Shown here: piece after piece, positions 12,078-24,139 of the stretch
Layout: the number at the start of each line of letters is the position of its first letter
How positions within the stretch are numbered: the stretch's first letter is position 1
NCBI RefSeq assembly: GCF_006345805.1
Contig: NC_043003.1
Span: 114,638,001 to 114,702,000, forward strand
Origin: Octopus sinensis
Lineage: Eukaryota
Direction of reading: 5' to 3'
DNA: 64,000 nucleotides
Translations under genes and position numbers: made by a program
Notes under the pieces: model-generated
Seen by the model: the letters and a program-made list of their open reading frames with translations, nothing else
Database searches by the model: none
What the model was told of the DNA's origin: nothing

Positions 12078-13312
12078 CGAAATCTGTAAATAAATTAATG
12101 AAACAAGTCTCGAAGCGTTCGATCTGGCAGCACTGCGTGGTTTCCCTTTACGGTGTTGCCACATCAACATCTCGTATAACTTCAGTTCCAGCCACAATCG
12201 CGTGAAATGTGCATGCACGTTTTGCGAAAATGAGTGAACGCAGATACGAGCAAAGCTATACAATCAGCTTTTGCTTCAAACTCGAATACAATTCCACTGA
12301 AATTTGTACAAAAGTTCAACAGGCTTACGAGAAGACTACTTTATCAAAAGCATAGCTTTTCAGATAGTTCAAACCTTTTAGAGAGAGTTGAGAATCCGTT
12401 GAAAATAACTCTCCATAAGGAAGGCCAACGACTTCAAGAAATTATGAAAATGTGGAGCGAAGCAGAGACCTTTTATGATCTGACCGTCAGTTAACTAAAC
12501 ACTTGATTGCAGGGAAGCAGAATTTGAACCGCAATACTGTTCTTCAAGTTTTGGCCAACGAATTGTGGATGAATATTTCTGCGAAATTTGTCTCGCAAAT
12601 TCTCACACCTGAAAAAAAGACAACAGGAAGGAAGTGTTCCGTTGTCTTCTGAAACGGATTGAAAATGATCCATAATTTCTCACAAATGTCATTAATGGTG
12701 ATGTCATTAAAATACGATCTAGAAACAAAACGCCAGAATTAGGAGTGGCACCCTGGAAGCTCACAGCGGCCGAAAAAAGCGAGAGTCAGCAAATCGAAGA
12801 TCAAGACCATGTTCATTTGATTTCTTGACAGCAATTGAGTCGTCTGTAAAGAATTCGTTCCTCAAGGACAGAGTTTCAATCAGACTTTTTTTACCACGAG
12901 GTTCTTGAAAGTCTGCGAAAACCTGTTGCTCGCGTGAGACCAGACATCAAAGTTATCTGGATGCTGCATCACGACAATGCGCCTTGTCACACATGGTACC
13001 TTCGATCACTGAGATTTTGGCACTAAAGAACAAATCCCTCGTCCTTCATCCCCCAAATCCGACTAATCTGAGTTCATGTGACTTCAATCTCCTCAAAATT
13101 CACCTCAAAGGACATCATTTTGGCCAATAACCTACCAGTTTAACGCCATTTCAGTTTCTGAGTTTAATCACTGTGTTGAAGAGTAGAAACAAAGGCTTAA
13201 GTGATGTGTGGCTCACCAAGGGAACTATTTTGAAGGAGACAGAGTTGATTAGTAGTTTAATTAAATATAAAACTGCTTATCGAAAATCAAATTATTCTAT
13301 TTGCAGACTTCA
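12078..13312 (+). mobile_element. Full-length mariner fossil; transposase pseudogene at about 12230-13252
   Basis: TA sites at 12076-77 and 13313-14; imperfect TIRs (CGAAATCTGTAAATAAATTAATG vs TGAAGTCTGCAAATAGAATAATT). Motifs MSERRYEQ..ISFCFKL, GRPTTS, EFVPQGQ, LHHDNAPCHT, NLSSCDF and GNYFEGD are broken by stops and frameshifts. Confidence 0.9.
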
Positions 13313-13344
13313 TACTCTGTCCTTATAAACTCTTCAATCCCCCC

Positions 13345-13345
13345 A

Positions 13346-13401
<56 letters not shown>

Positions 13402-14030
13402 ATGTGTGTGTGTGTGTATGTGTGTGTGTGTGTATATGTGCGTGTGTGTGTGTATGTGTGTGTGTTCTATCTTCACTTGTATCATTATCCACCTAGTTGC
13501 TCTAGGCCTACCTGACAATGAAGCTGTACCTGTGGAGTTTATACAATATTTCTCCGTAGAACTGTCCGGTAAAAGATTTCTCAACGTTGACCTACCTTAA
13601 CTGAATCCCAGGAACCTGTCGTCCACAGGTTCTTCAAACCACAATTATCCACAATGGCATGATTCTAAACAGCCACGCAGTCAAGTTATTGCTTATCACC
13701 GCCACCACCCACACCACCACCGCCACCGCTACCACCACCACCAGCACCACCACCGCCACTGCAATCACTACACCAATCATTCCAGGTTCTCTAATTCCTT
13801 TTCTTGCTCAATTCTTTCTTTGTCACAAACTCAATAAAACCACTTTATATTCTCTCCTTTGAAGTGTATTTAGGAAACAACTCGCTTCTCATTTATTGTT
13901 TACTATTTAGCAATCATCAACGTCATCATTATCATCGTCATTGTCGTCGTCGCCATTGTCATCATCATCATAATCATCGTCGTCATCCTCATTATCATCA
14001 TCATCATCATCACCGCCACCAGCGTCAGCA
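13345..14030. repeat. Cluster of (TA)n, (TG)n, (CCA)n and (CAT)n microsatellites
   Basis: Directly visible; short unique spacers in between. Confidence 0.9.
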
Positions 14031-14572
14031 GCAAACGTCTACAGGTGTAGAGGGGGTTGGCAGTGACGAGAGCTGAATTCCTGTCAGTTTGTGAGTAACA
14101 GGTAATCACTCAGGTTTATTGTCATTTCAAGGTCATGTGACGTTCACAGAGAATGAGATCGAGGCGGCGGCGGCGGCGGAGGTGGTGGTGGCGGCGGCGG
14201 AGGCGAGGAAAGAATACGGAAGAATAAAGGAAGAAATGAATGCGAAAGAGAGAAAGAAAACATTTCATTCATTGATTGATTTTGTATTGATTTTTCTGAT
14301 TCGCCCATTTATAAGTGTTGTATTGTATAGCCAACTGTTTATGTCATGCAATTCACTGGATTGCGATTCAGGAAATGCATGCACGTTACAACATCCATAG
14401 AAAAACAATACGTAGGCTTTTCTATTGTTATTGCAAAGAGCAAGAGGAATGCGATGGATCTGCAGGCAGAAACTCTTGGAACACTTTTATTATTCTTGCT
14501 CTTGTTACAACTGATCTCATTGTAATTATTACTTGTTGTCGTTATTATAATTATTATTATTATTTTAGTATT

Positions 14573-15090
14573 AAGGCGGCGAGCTGGCAGAAACGTTAGC
14601 ACGCCGGGCGAAATGCTTAACGGTATTTTGTCTGCGTTACGTTGTGAGTTCAAATTCCGCCGAGGTCGACTTGCCTTTCATCCTTTCGGGGTCGATAAAT
14701 TAAGTACCAGTTACGAACTGGGGTCGATGTAATCGACTTAATACCTATGTCTGTCCTTGTTTAGCCCCTTGTGGGTAATAAAGAAATAGGTATTTCGTCT
14801 CCCGCTACGTTCTTTGTTCAAATTCCGCCGAGGTCGACTTTGCCTTTCATCCTTTCGGGGTCGATAAATTAAGTACCAGTTACGCAATAGGGTCGATATA
14901 ATCCACTTAATCCGTTTGTCTGTCCTTGTTTGTCCTCTCTGTGTTTAGCCCCTTCTGGGTAGTAAATAAATAGGTATTTCGTCTGCCGCTACGTTCTGAG
15001 TTCAAATTCCACCGAGGTCGACTTTGCCTTTCATCCTTTCGGAGTCGATTAAATAAGTACCACTGGGGTTGATGTATTCGACTTAATCCC
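14573..15090 (+). mobile_element. Family B tRNA-derived SINE trimer (one headed unit plus two headless units)
   Basis: AAGGCGGCGAGCTGGCAGAAACG head, B-box GAGTTCAAATTCC, core GCCTTTCATCCTTTCGGGGTCGATAAATTAAGTACCAG; units joined by AAATA|GGTATTTCG. Confidence 0.9.
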
Positions 15091-15261
15091 TGTCTTAAGC
15101 TGCCCTTATGGCAAAAATTTGAGTTCATTATTATTATTATTATTGTTGTTGTTGTTGTTGTTTTTGTTTTTCTGAGTGGTTGCTACTGCTGCTGAGATAA
15201 ACTTGATGGGACTTAGCTATGTTCAAAAGATTTCCCACAACACGGATAATCTCATCATTAA

Positions 15262-15490
15262 TCTTTTATTTCTTTTAATTGTTTCAGTCATTCAACTGTG
15301 CCCAAACTGGGGCACTGCCTTGTAGGGATTTAGTCGAATGAATCGACCGCAAAAATTATTTCTTGACGCTTGGAAAATTATTCCATCAGTCCCTTTGACG
15401 AACAGCTGGGTAATGAGGTCTTAAACAAACCAACGCCGGCTGTCAAGCAACAGTGGGATACAAAAACAGGCACAAACACACACAGACAAA
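15262..15490 (-). mobile_element. Family A SINE 3' half, diverged
   Basis: gtttcagtcatt..actggggcactgcctt..tttagtcgaa matches the reverse complement of the family A tail. Confidence 0.7.
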
Positions 15491-15558
15491 GAATATAAAC
15501 ACACATATCCATCTATACATATATGTGTGTGTGTGTGTGCATATACACACACGCACAA

Positions 15559-15609
<51 letters not shown>

Positions 15610-17219
15610 GATAGATGGATAAACGTTATCATATATGTGTATATGTTGATGTAGGTGTATATGTATGTGTGTGTGTACATACACATTTAATACACTTGTG
15701 TGCATGTATATATGTGTACATGTATACCTAAATGTACATGCACGCATACATACATGTATACATACATACAGAAGGGAAGACGGAGGGGAAAAAAATCGCC
15801 AATGGTTCACACGCGGTCGATACATACCTACATGCATATATACAGAGAGGGAGAGAAAGAGAGACTGAAACTGCGCTTGCGCGGTGAATTTGGAAAATTA
15901 TAATATATAAGGATGAGACACGTATTATTTTGTCTCTAATTTATATGCTAATGTTTGGCGTACCCGCTGATGAGAACTTCGCCTTGCAAATTATTATATT
16001 TGCTAATTAAAGTTCTAAACCTAAGGTCCGGTTGTAAAACATGGTAAATGTTTCTATTTTTCATTCCTTTCGAAATTGCTCTTAACAGTGGTTTGGACTT
16101 TTGACTGCTCCTTCTAGCATGTAAGGTGACCTGTTAGGCTCACCTCTTTTTGTGTTTATTTTATATATATATAATTATAGATAGATAGATAGATAATATA
16201 TGATGTGTGTGTGTGTGTGTTGTGTACACGAAAGCAGGAGGAAGAGGCTAAGAAGAAGACGAAGAAGTTAGATTGCGTCTGCTTTTGTGTGTTGTTGTAT
16301 GTTTGTTGTGTACATAATTGTAAATTCTCGATAAACACCGGTTTTGTGGTGGGTTCTTTTAATAACTAGTTTTGCTCGGTTTTATTAGGTTCCATTTCTG
16401 TCAAAAGCCGATGAAGTACATATTCTGCTCTCTGACATCGACCGTTAGAGGAATAAAAAACGGCTATAAATAGACACTTGTGGTTACTGGACTATTCATA
16501 AGTATAGAAAATATGACCAATGATTTTCATTGGTCACTATTTCATGCCAGATGACTTTGCTAGCCACACTTATTTCGCTCTTAGATTCGCTTCTATACAA
16601 TAATTTATTAGAAAACATTTGCTATTAAGAAACTTTAAAATTCTGGTTAACTCTGTTTATTCTCTGTCTCTCTCCCTCCCTCTCTCTCCCTTCTATCTCA
16701 CATACACACACAGTTATTTTTGTTCAGTTTATATTTCCTTTATTTTTTTCTCCCTTCCTCTAGCCGCCGGATGAGCGTAAACATTATAAATATGGTGATC
16801 TTTTCCATCTCGCTTCATACAATATGAGTAAACTATCTAGGAACCGTAAATAACTGGTTACTCTTCGTTCCTGGTTACATTTCAATGTCCACTGATTCCC
16901 AAATCATTCTGCCTTTTTCATTTTGTTTCGCTTTTTATTTTGTCTTTTCTGTCTTTCAGCTTTCAATGTTTCGCCTCCTCCGCCACTCCGATCTATTTAT
17001 ATCAATCGTTCTTTATTTCCTTCTTTTTTTTTTTCTTTATTCTAATCTGTGTCTGGGAAATATATTAGTCTTTTCCTGAGCAGTTTGTTTTCGGGTTAAA
17101 ACATAAGTTAATAAATCCATGCGATCGGAAATAATTAAGATATTGCGTGAGACAAACTCTGCAAGTTCATGCCTCTCTCTCTCTTTCTCCCGATCTCTCA
17201 CTCACTCTCTCCCCTAACA

Positions 17220-17247
17220 TATAAATATATATGAATATATACATATG

Positions 17248-17286
<39 letters not shown>

Positions 17287-17685
17287 ATATATATATATGT
17301 ATATATATGTACACAAACACAAATATATATATATATATATGTTATATATACGCACATATATATATATATATATGTTATACATACATATACATATCTATGT
17401 TATACATACAGATACAAACACACACACATATATATATATATACATATATGCTTGTGCCTGAGTGTCAGTGTGTGTTTAACATACATATGTGCAGTCGGAC
17501 GATGGCTTAGATGACTGAAACTTCGAAGTTACTATCCATGATATTCTAGTTTAAGTATAATATATGTGGATATGAAAATATTTAGATATACATACGTATA
17601 CACACATAATTATGTCAAATATCTATGTAGAGAGAAAAAAGAATATAGATACATACATTCATATGTAAATACATATATATATATG

Positions 17686-17777
<92 letters not shown>

Positions 17778-17783
17778 TGGATT

Positions 17784-17845
<62 letters not shown>
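17220..17845. repeat. (TA)n/(GA)n/(GATA)n microsatellite cluster
   Basis: Directly visible. Confidence 0.9.
17493..17533 (+). ncRNA. Degenerate minimal type I hammerhead ribozyme motif
   Basis: AGT-CGGACGA-(weak stem II)-GAAA-CTTCGAAG-T-T-ACT; palindromic stem III ACTTCGAAGT; core U4 changed to G. Confidence 0.45.
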
Positions 17846-17846
<1 letters not shown>

Positions 17847-18022
17847 GTGTGTATTTTCCCTTGTTTACAATTAACACGGAAAAAGAGATAAATAGTAACC
17901 AGGGTAGCAAAAAAATCACAAAAATTAAAAAAAAGGGTGTAACTCCTTGTTTTTAAAGGTAGAGACTTCTGGTTTACGGGAAATATTTTGTATAATATAT
18001 ATAAATAATCGGAGTTATAGAC

Positions 18023-18682
18023 AGGTGTTATTCAAATTCTTTTATTTCCGACACATGTTTCGATGATATCGCTGGTATTATTCCGAAGGAATACAATGGG
18101 GTAAAACAACGTAATCTTCTCTTTAGGGAAATGAAGAAATGAAACTCGTCAATAAGACATTTTAACAGAAAATTATGGATATGTAATTATTTTTTATTTG
18201 TAAAAATCCCCTTGTAAACATAGTTATAGAGCGTGCATACCGATGTAAACATTGGCAGAAACACACCTTTAGTTCATATAAGTGATATCTATCATTTTAT
18301 ATAATCTAAACAAGTTTCTTCTTACATTTCACATTCACTAGATATATCTTTTTCCAAGACTAAAGGGTTTTATTTAATTTACATATCGTTATATACTTCT
18401 CATTTATTTGGGTTTTTTTCTTTCCTTTAACCCTCCTCCTTCTATAGGCTACATTTGACTTTACATCCTCTAACGTTTTTCTTTTAAAAACAAACTTAAT
18501 AGTCCTCAGTTAATCACTATACATAGCCATCATTTTCTGTTAAAATGTCTTACTGACCAGTTTCCTTTCTTCCATTCCCTGAAGAGAAGATTACATTGTT
18601 TTATACCATTTTATTCCTTTGGAATAATACCAGTGATATCTTCGAAACATGTATCGGAAGTAAAAGAATTTGAATAACGCCT
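18023..18682. repeat. Long inverted repeat (arms 18023-18178 and 18527-18682), possible MITE or foldback element
   Basis: The reverse complement of arm 1 aligns with arm 2 over about 156 nt with scattered substitutions. Confidence 0.85.
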
Positions 18683-18694
18683 ACGTTTAACTCC

Positions 18695-18731
<37 letters not shown>

Positions 18732-18901
18732 GAGAGTGAACATTGAGAAATATATACCTACAAACACACACATACACGTGCATACAAACAATTACGGATG
18801 CACAGGGACGCACATATGAAAATGCAGCTGGAGTGCAGAGTAGAATTTCTAAAACCCAGATTTAAAACGATGGAACTGAATATAATATTCTGTAGTTTCT
18901 A

Positions 18902-19303
18902 TTGCAAATGAAACGTTCGGAAATGGACAATGAGAAAGGAATGGTAGATAAGGAGTTCAGCTGCTGCGGAAAGGTGTTTGCTAGTTACATCGGGCTGAGA
19001 ATCCACCAAGGGAAGGTGTGTCAGAAGAAAGTAATTCAACAAGGCGGGTTGATAAACCATAAGACGTGTGGCCAGAAACCCCTGGAAAATAACCTTAGCG
19101 AGGTTCATTCCACAGTTGAATTGGAACAGTCAAAAAGACTGATAGGCGTAAATGACGCAGCGAGTTATAAAAAATTTGACAAGTCAATCAGTCACCGGCT
19201 GACACTCGCTGACGACACATCGAAGAGGCCAGGGAACAGAAGAAAGCAGAAGAAGACACCTCCGAAAGTAGGGGGGTGTCACGTCAAAACGGTAGGGGAG
19301 TAG
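18902..19303 (+). mobile_element. Probable N-terminal zinc-finger region of a HERO/NeSL-like RLE retrotransposon
   Basis: The ORF contains SCCGKVFASYIGLRIHQGKVC, resembling the CxCGKxxxxxxGLxIHQxxxxC finger of HERO-type ORFs; no RT follows. Confidence 0.5.
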
Positions 19304-19711
19304 AGGCCGAAACCGGACGTGGTTCCTCCTGATGATGTGTTGAGCTAACTGGATCCTATAAAGGAGCTGTTGTGGTAGCAGACCACGAATCACGGTTGTA
19401 ATTCCTCCTGTATATTTTTAAATGTACCAGGAAATAATTACTTTTGCTGTATCTCGGAAAGGTCTTTATACCAATAATAAACACATGCATTTGGTTATAT
19501 TTCAGGTTTTTATCTGCCAATTGATTGACTATTTAACCAATTAACTAATCGATGGCTTGATTAATTGTTCAGTAAATCAATCATTCAGTTTTCTGAAAGT
19601 CCTTTCGTCGCCACTCGAAACCACGTCAACGTTATGTTTTCTCTACACCAGACATTCTGCTACATGCCTGTCTATCTGTCTGCTTTCTAGTTTAAAGTTT
19701 CTATATTTCTA

Positions 19712-19938
19712 TTTACTACCAACAAGGGGCTAAACACAGAGAGGACAAACAAGGACAGACAAAGGGATAATGTCGACTATATCGACCCCAGTGTTTAACT
19801 GGTACTTATTTAATCGCCCCCGAAAGGATGAAAGGCAAAGTCGACCTCGGCGGAATTTGAACTCAGAACGTAGCGGCAGACGAAATACGGCTACGCATTT
19901 CGCCTGGCGTGCTAACGTTTCTACCAGCTCGCCGCCTT
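19712..19938 (-). mobile_element. Family B SINE, full length
   Basis: Reverse complement of the family B consensus; TTCTATATTT on both flanks (TSD-like). Confidence 0.9.
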
Positions 19939-20094
19939 CGGTTCTATATTTGTTTACATGATTGTGTGTGAGGATGTATATGAAAGAGGAAATGAGAGAG
20001 AGAGAGTGTGTGAGTGAGTGAGAGAGGGGGGAGAGAAAGAGAGAGAGAGAGTGTGAGTGAGTGAGAGAGGGGGGAGAGAAAGAGAGAGAGAGAG

Positions 20095-20134
<40 letters not shown>

Positions 20135-20514
20135 TGTGTACGCGAGCCAGCCTTCGTGTACGTGTGTGGTGTGGATTTTGTTTCTGGAAAATTCCTGCAT
20201 TCATCCGGAATTATTATGTAAGAAATCCGAATTTATCAAGTTTATCAGGTTCGCAGAATCTATTCCTGATAACGAAGCCATCAGCAACGAACTGGCAATA
20301 TTAGATTGAAGCTTCACACATTCCAACTATTTTGTTTTGTTTTTTTTTGTTTTTTTTTTTGTGGTTTCCTTTATTAGTTTTTCTTTATTTTTTTAGTTCA
20401 TTTAGTCTTCCAACTACTTCCAATTTTTTTTATCGGAATTACTTAGTTCGCAGTGTATTTTGATGCATTTCTTCTTTAAGATGCAGCCTTGGTTCATAAA
20501 AACAGAGAAAAGAT

Positions 20515-21047
20515 CCGCTGTGTGGTATGAATCTTGTTTCCTAACGACGTGGTTCCGGGTTCAGTCCAACTTCGTGGCAACTTGGGCAAATGTCTTCTAC
20601 TATAGCCCCAGGCCGACCAAAGCTTTTTGAGTAGATTTGGAAAACGGAAACTGATGAAGCTCGCCCTTCATATATGCATGTGTATATGCATATGTGTGTA
20701 TGTGTGTATATGCATATGTCTGTATGTGTGTATATGTGTGTGTATGTGTGTGTATATACATGTGTGCATGTGTGTGTATGTGTGTGTACAGGCATGCGTG
20801 TATATGTGTGTGTATGTGCGTGTATATGTATGTATGTATGTGTGTGTATATGCGTGTGAGTGTATGTGTGTATGTGCGTGTATATGCATGTGTGTTTGTG
20901 TGTGTATGCATGTGTGCATATGTGTGTGTATATGTGTGTGCGTGCGCGTGTTCTAGGGTCGATTCATTTAACTACATATTCGTCAAGGTGGTACCCCAGC
21001 ATGGCCGCAGTCCAATGACTGAAACAAGCAAACGAATGAGAGAATAA
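20515..21047 (+). mobile_element. Family A SINE, diverged, with expanded internal (TG/TA)n
   Basis: Head blocks at 20515-20660 and tail cagcatggccgcagtccaatgactgaaac at about 20995-21030. Confidence 0.8.
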
Positions 21048-21227
21048 GGACTACACATGTAATTCACAGCAAATTTCAGCTGTATTTGTTGAGACATTTT
21101 TCAGCAGTGATTCTCTTAATGAAAGCCTGCAGTTTCCGGTCTCGAAGTCGCAACGGAATATTAACCTCTTCAATTTGCATATTGCTTCTTAATTTCAGGT
21201 GAAGTGAGATCGTTTCTGTCTATACAT

Positions 21228-21436
21228 TCATTCTTTTATTCTTTTACACGTTTCAGTCATTTTGGTGCGACCATGCTGTAGCATTACCTTAAAGAGATTT
21301 AGTCGAACAAAATGACCCCCAGGACTAGTACGTATTCTATCGGTCTCTTTTACCAAACATTTAAGTGATAGGGACGTAAACACACCAGCATCGATTGTCA
21401 AGTGATAGTGGGATGTCAAATCACAGACACAAACCT
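21228..21436 (-). mobile_element. Family A SINE 3' half
   Basis: gtttcagtcatt..ccatgctg..ttctatcggtctctttt..gacgtaaacacaccagcatcg. Confidence 0.85.
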
Positions 21437-21451
21437 ATACATATATGTATA

Positions 21452-21700
21452 TCTATTATATAAAAACCGTTCTGTCTGTCTGTGTGTGTGTGTGTGTGTG
21501 TGACTTCTAGGATCTCGGGCATCCTCCATCTGACTGCGCTCAGATTTGACATGTAGATACCGAGGGTATCTGGGCATGTATAAGTCTTGAAAAAGTTACA
21601 AAAATCGATTCCAGGTGAGAATGCGATCGATAAAGCCGTGGAAACGTGCATTTGTACGCGCAAGTCCATCAGCTGTTGCGATCGATACTACGCGTATGCG
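21452..21700 (+). mobile_element. Helitron/DINE-like non-autonomous element, 5' part
   Basis: A|TCTATTATATAAAA start followed by CTGTCTGT(GT)n, like the other Helitron-type starts here; 3' end not found. Confidence 0.5.
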
Positions 21701-22194
21701 CGAAAAATGCACGTGCAGTTTCCTACATGTTTTATCGTATAAACTTATTATTGTCCCAGGTACGTTCTCATAAATTCATGCTTTTCCATCTAGATTTACC
21801 TCCAGCTAACCCATTTGCATGCCTCGTTTTTGTCCTGCTTTTCTTCCGTCAACCTGTACATGCACCTTCCATTTTTTTTTTTTGTTTTTGTACTGCTTAA
21901 AGACACGTTTCTTTCCTGCCAATCTTACTGTTTAAACCATGTTTGTGTTCTCCCAGTCAATCATTACTGGTACTTTAAACTCTTCGGTTGCATATTTGTT
22001 TGAATAAAATCGTTTTTCTTTGGAATAGAAAAAATGTCTATCTTTATTTCTTCTTTTGCTGTTGTCTCAAATTTAGGTTAAATCAGTGTTTCTCAAAGGG
22101 GAGGCCTATGGGACGGTCGGACAAGTTGTTTTGAGAAAATTTGGTTTAGATGTTTGACAACTCAGCACCGTCCATTGGACGGGGCATTTTGCTC

Positions 22195-22254
<60 letters not shown>

Positions 22255-22291
22255 TATTTATTTATTTATTTATATATATATATATGCGATG

Positions 22292-22654
22292 GACGTCTTT
22301 CAGTAACATCTGACCACCCAACTCCCTAAACTGCAACTGTTCTTGATTATTATGTGTGGAGCACAGTTGAGTGAGGGATCAACAAAGCTCCTTGTAACAC
22401 CAAAGATGAACTGAAGGTAAGGATTATGGCAGCATTCACCTACCTACTTAAACAAAGAGACCGCCCAGAAGAGTAGCAGTAGATTCCGAATTCGTCTGGT
22501 GGCCGTGGTTGAAGCCAATGCTGATTTTAGAGAATAAATTTATTCTTTAATATTTCAAGTTGTTTTTATGTAATTTTGGTAAATATATCTATGAGATGTC
22601 AGTGTTATTTTAATTTTTGCGTAATTTGGACGACAGTATTTTCACTGCACCATG
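22292..22654 (+). mobile_element. Tc1/mariner (maT/DD37D-like) transposase C-terminal fragment and right end
   Basis: *PPNSLNCN / DYYVWSTVE / NTKDELKVRIMAAF / RFRIRLVAVVEANADF; ends ...CACTGCACCATG|TA. Confidence 0.75.
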
Positions 22655-23719
22655 TATGTATATATATATATCTTTCTCTATATATATACACACACACCTG
22701 TATATATATATACATGCATGGGTGTGTATATATATACATGTATGGATGCGTGCGTAAATTAGGATTTTTCTGGCAAATCTACGTTTCATTCCACTCTCAT
22801 AATATTCAAAATAACAAGCGAATTCTCTGTCCGCAAAAATTATAGCAAATACCTACTTCAATCAAACAAACAATAGCACTTAACTGTAAAAGCTAAACTA
22901 ATTTGCATACCATGCTGCATAATGAAGTAATTATTAGATATTTATATGCAATATGGCTTAGAAAAGTTAAAATCGTTTCATGGCCGCTATCCAATATCTG
23001 AAAGAAATAAGAGTGAAAGAAGATTCACCGTGGCAATTTTAAAAAAAGGCATGAATACACCTTATTGTTTACTTTGTTAACACGATAAAAGACACAGTCA
23101 TCACACATAAACAATTATATCTAGGTATAGATTACGTATATATTCTTATATATGCATATATACATATACACATATAAAATACTCATACGGGCGCTGGCGT
23201 ATTCGACAGTGCTTGAGTATGAGTATGCCAGCGTGAGTGTATATGTATGTACAGCGACTTTTCTCTAATAGACTACCATTATCTTTGTATGTCTCCCTTG
23301 TGAACCATTTGTCATGATTAATTTAAGGAATTTCTTTTCAACTCTGACAGCTTGGATTGTAGACTTTCTTTTCCACCCCAGACATGGAGACCGACTTTTC
23401 AGTCAAAAAGGGATAATCAGCCTAATGTTTACATGCTGTTATTTATAACTTCATTTACTTCGAGATCTAGTTCCCAAGATAAATTACTTCACGCTCCCAC
23501 AAAAATTTATAAATTTTTATAAAGTCAAAACAGGATTCACGCTGCTCAGAAGAAAATTTCTAAAGTAGAGACAGAAATTCCATAGATTGTCTTGGACGAT
23601 TATACAACGTCTGCCATGTCTATAGGAGATGCGGGTTCCAGTTCGACAAGCATCCTTAACCCTTTTCAATGCAAAACAGCGTTTTAAATGCTTCGAGTTT
23701 GAAACAAAACTTGTATTTT

Positions 23720-24126
23720 TAGGCGTAGGAGCGGCCGTGTGGCAAGTAGCTTCCTTACCGACCACATGGTTCAGGGTTCAGTCCCACTACGTGGCCCCTT
23801 GGGCAAGTATTTTCTACTATAGCCCCGGGCCGACCAAAGCCTTGTGAGTGGATTTGGTAGACGGAAACTGAAAGAATCCCGTCGTATATATGTATATATA
23901 TATACGTATGTGTGTGTATGTGTTTGTGTGTCTGTGTTTGTCCTCCCTACATCGCTTGACAACCGATGCTGGTGTGTTTACGTCCCCGTAACTTAGCAGT
24001 TCGGCAAAAGAGACCGATAGAATAAGTACTAGGCTTACAAATAATAAGTCCTGGGGTTGATTTGCTCGACTAAAGGTGGTGCTCCAGCATGACCACAATC
24101 AAAATGACTGAAACAAGTAAAAGAGT
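23720..24126 (+). mobile_element. Family A SINE, full length
   Basis: All family A blocks present. Confidence 0.9.
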
Positions 24127-24139
24127 ATTTCTTCATTCT

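Noticed and set aside
14113-14130. GTCATGTGAC M-box/CLEAR-like motif (also TGTCACGTGACA at 53457-68)
   Set aside because: Isolated short motifs with no supporting context.
19278-19335. GAAACCGGAC and CTGATGA near the end of the zinc-finger ORF as a hammerhead
   Set aside because: In type I order the core matches only 4 of 7 positions and U16.1 is missing; in type II order stem II cannot form. Counted only as a weak relic.
22083-22190. CAGTGTTTCTCAAA, resembling a hAT-Charlie TIR
   Set aside because: No partner TIR, TSD or internal homology seen.
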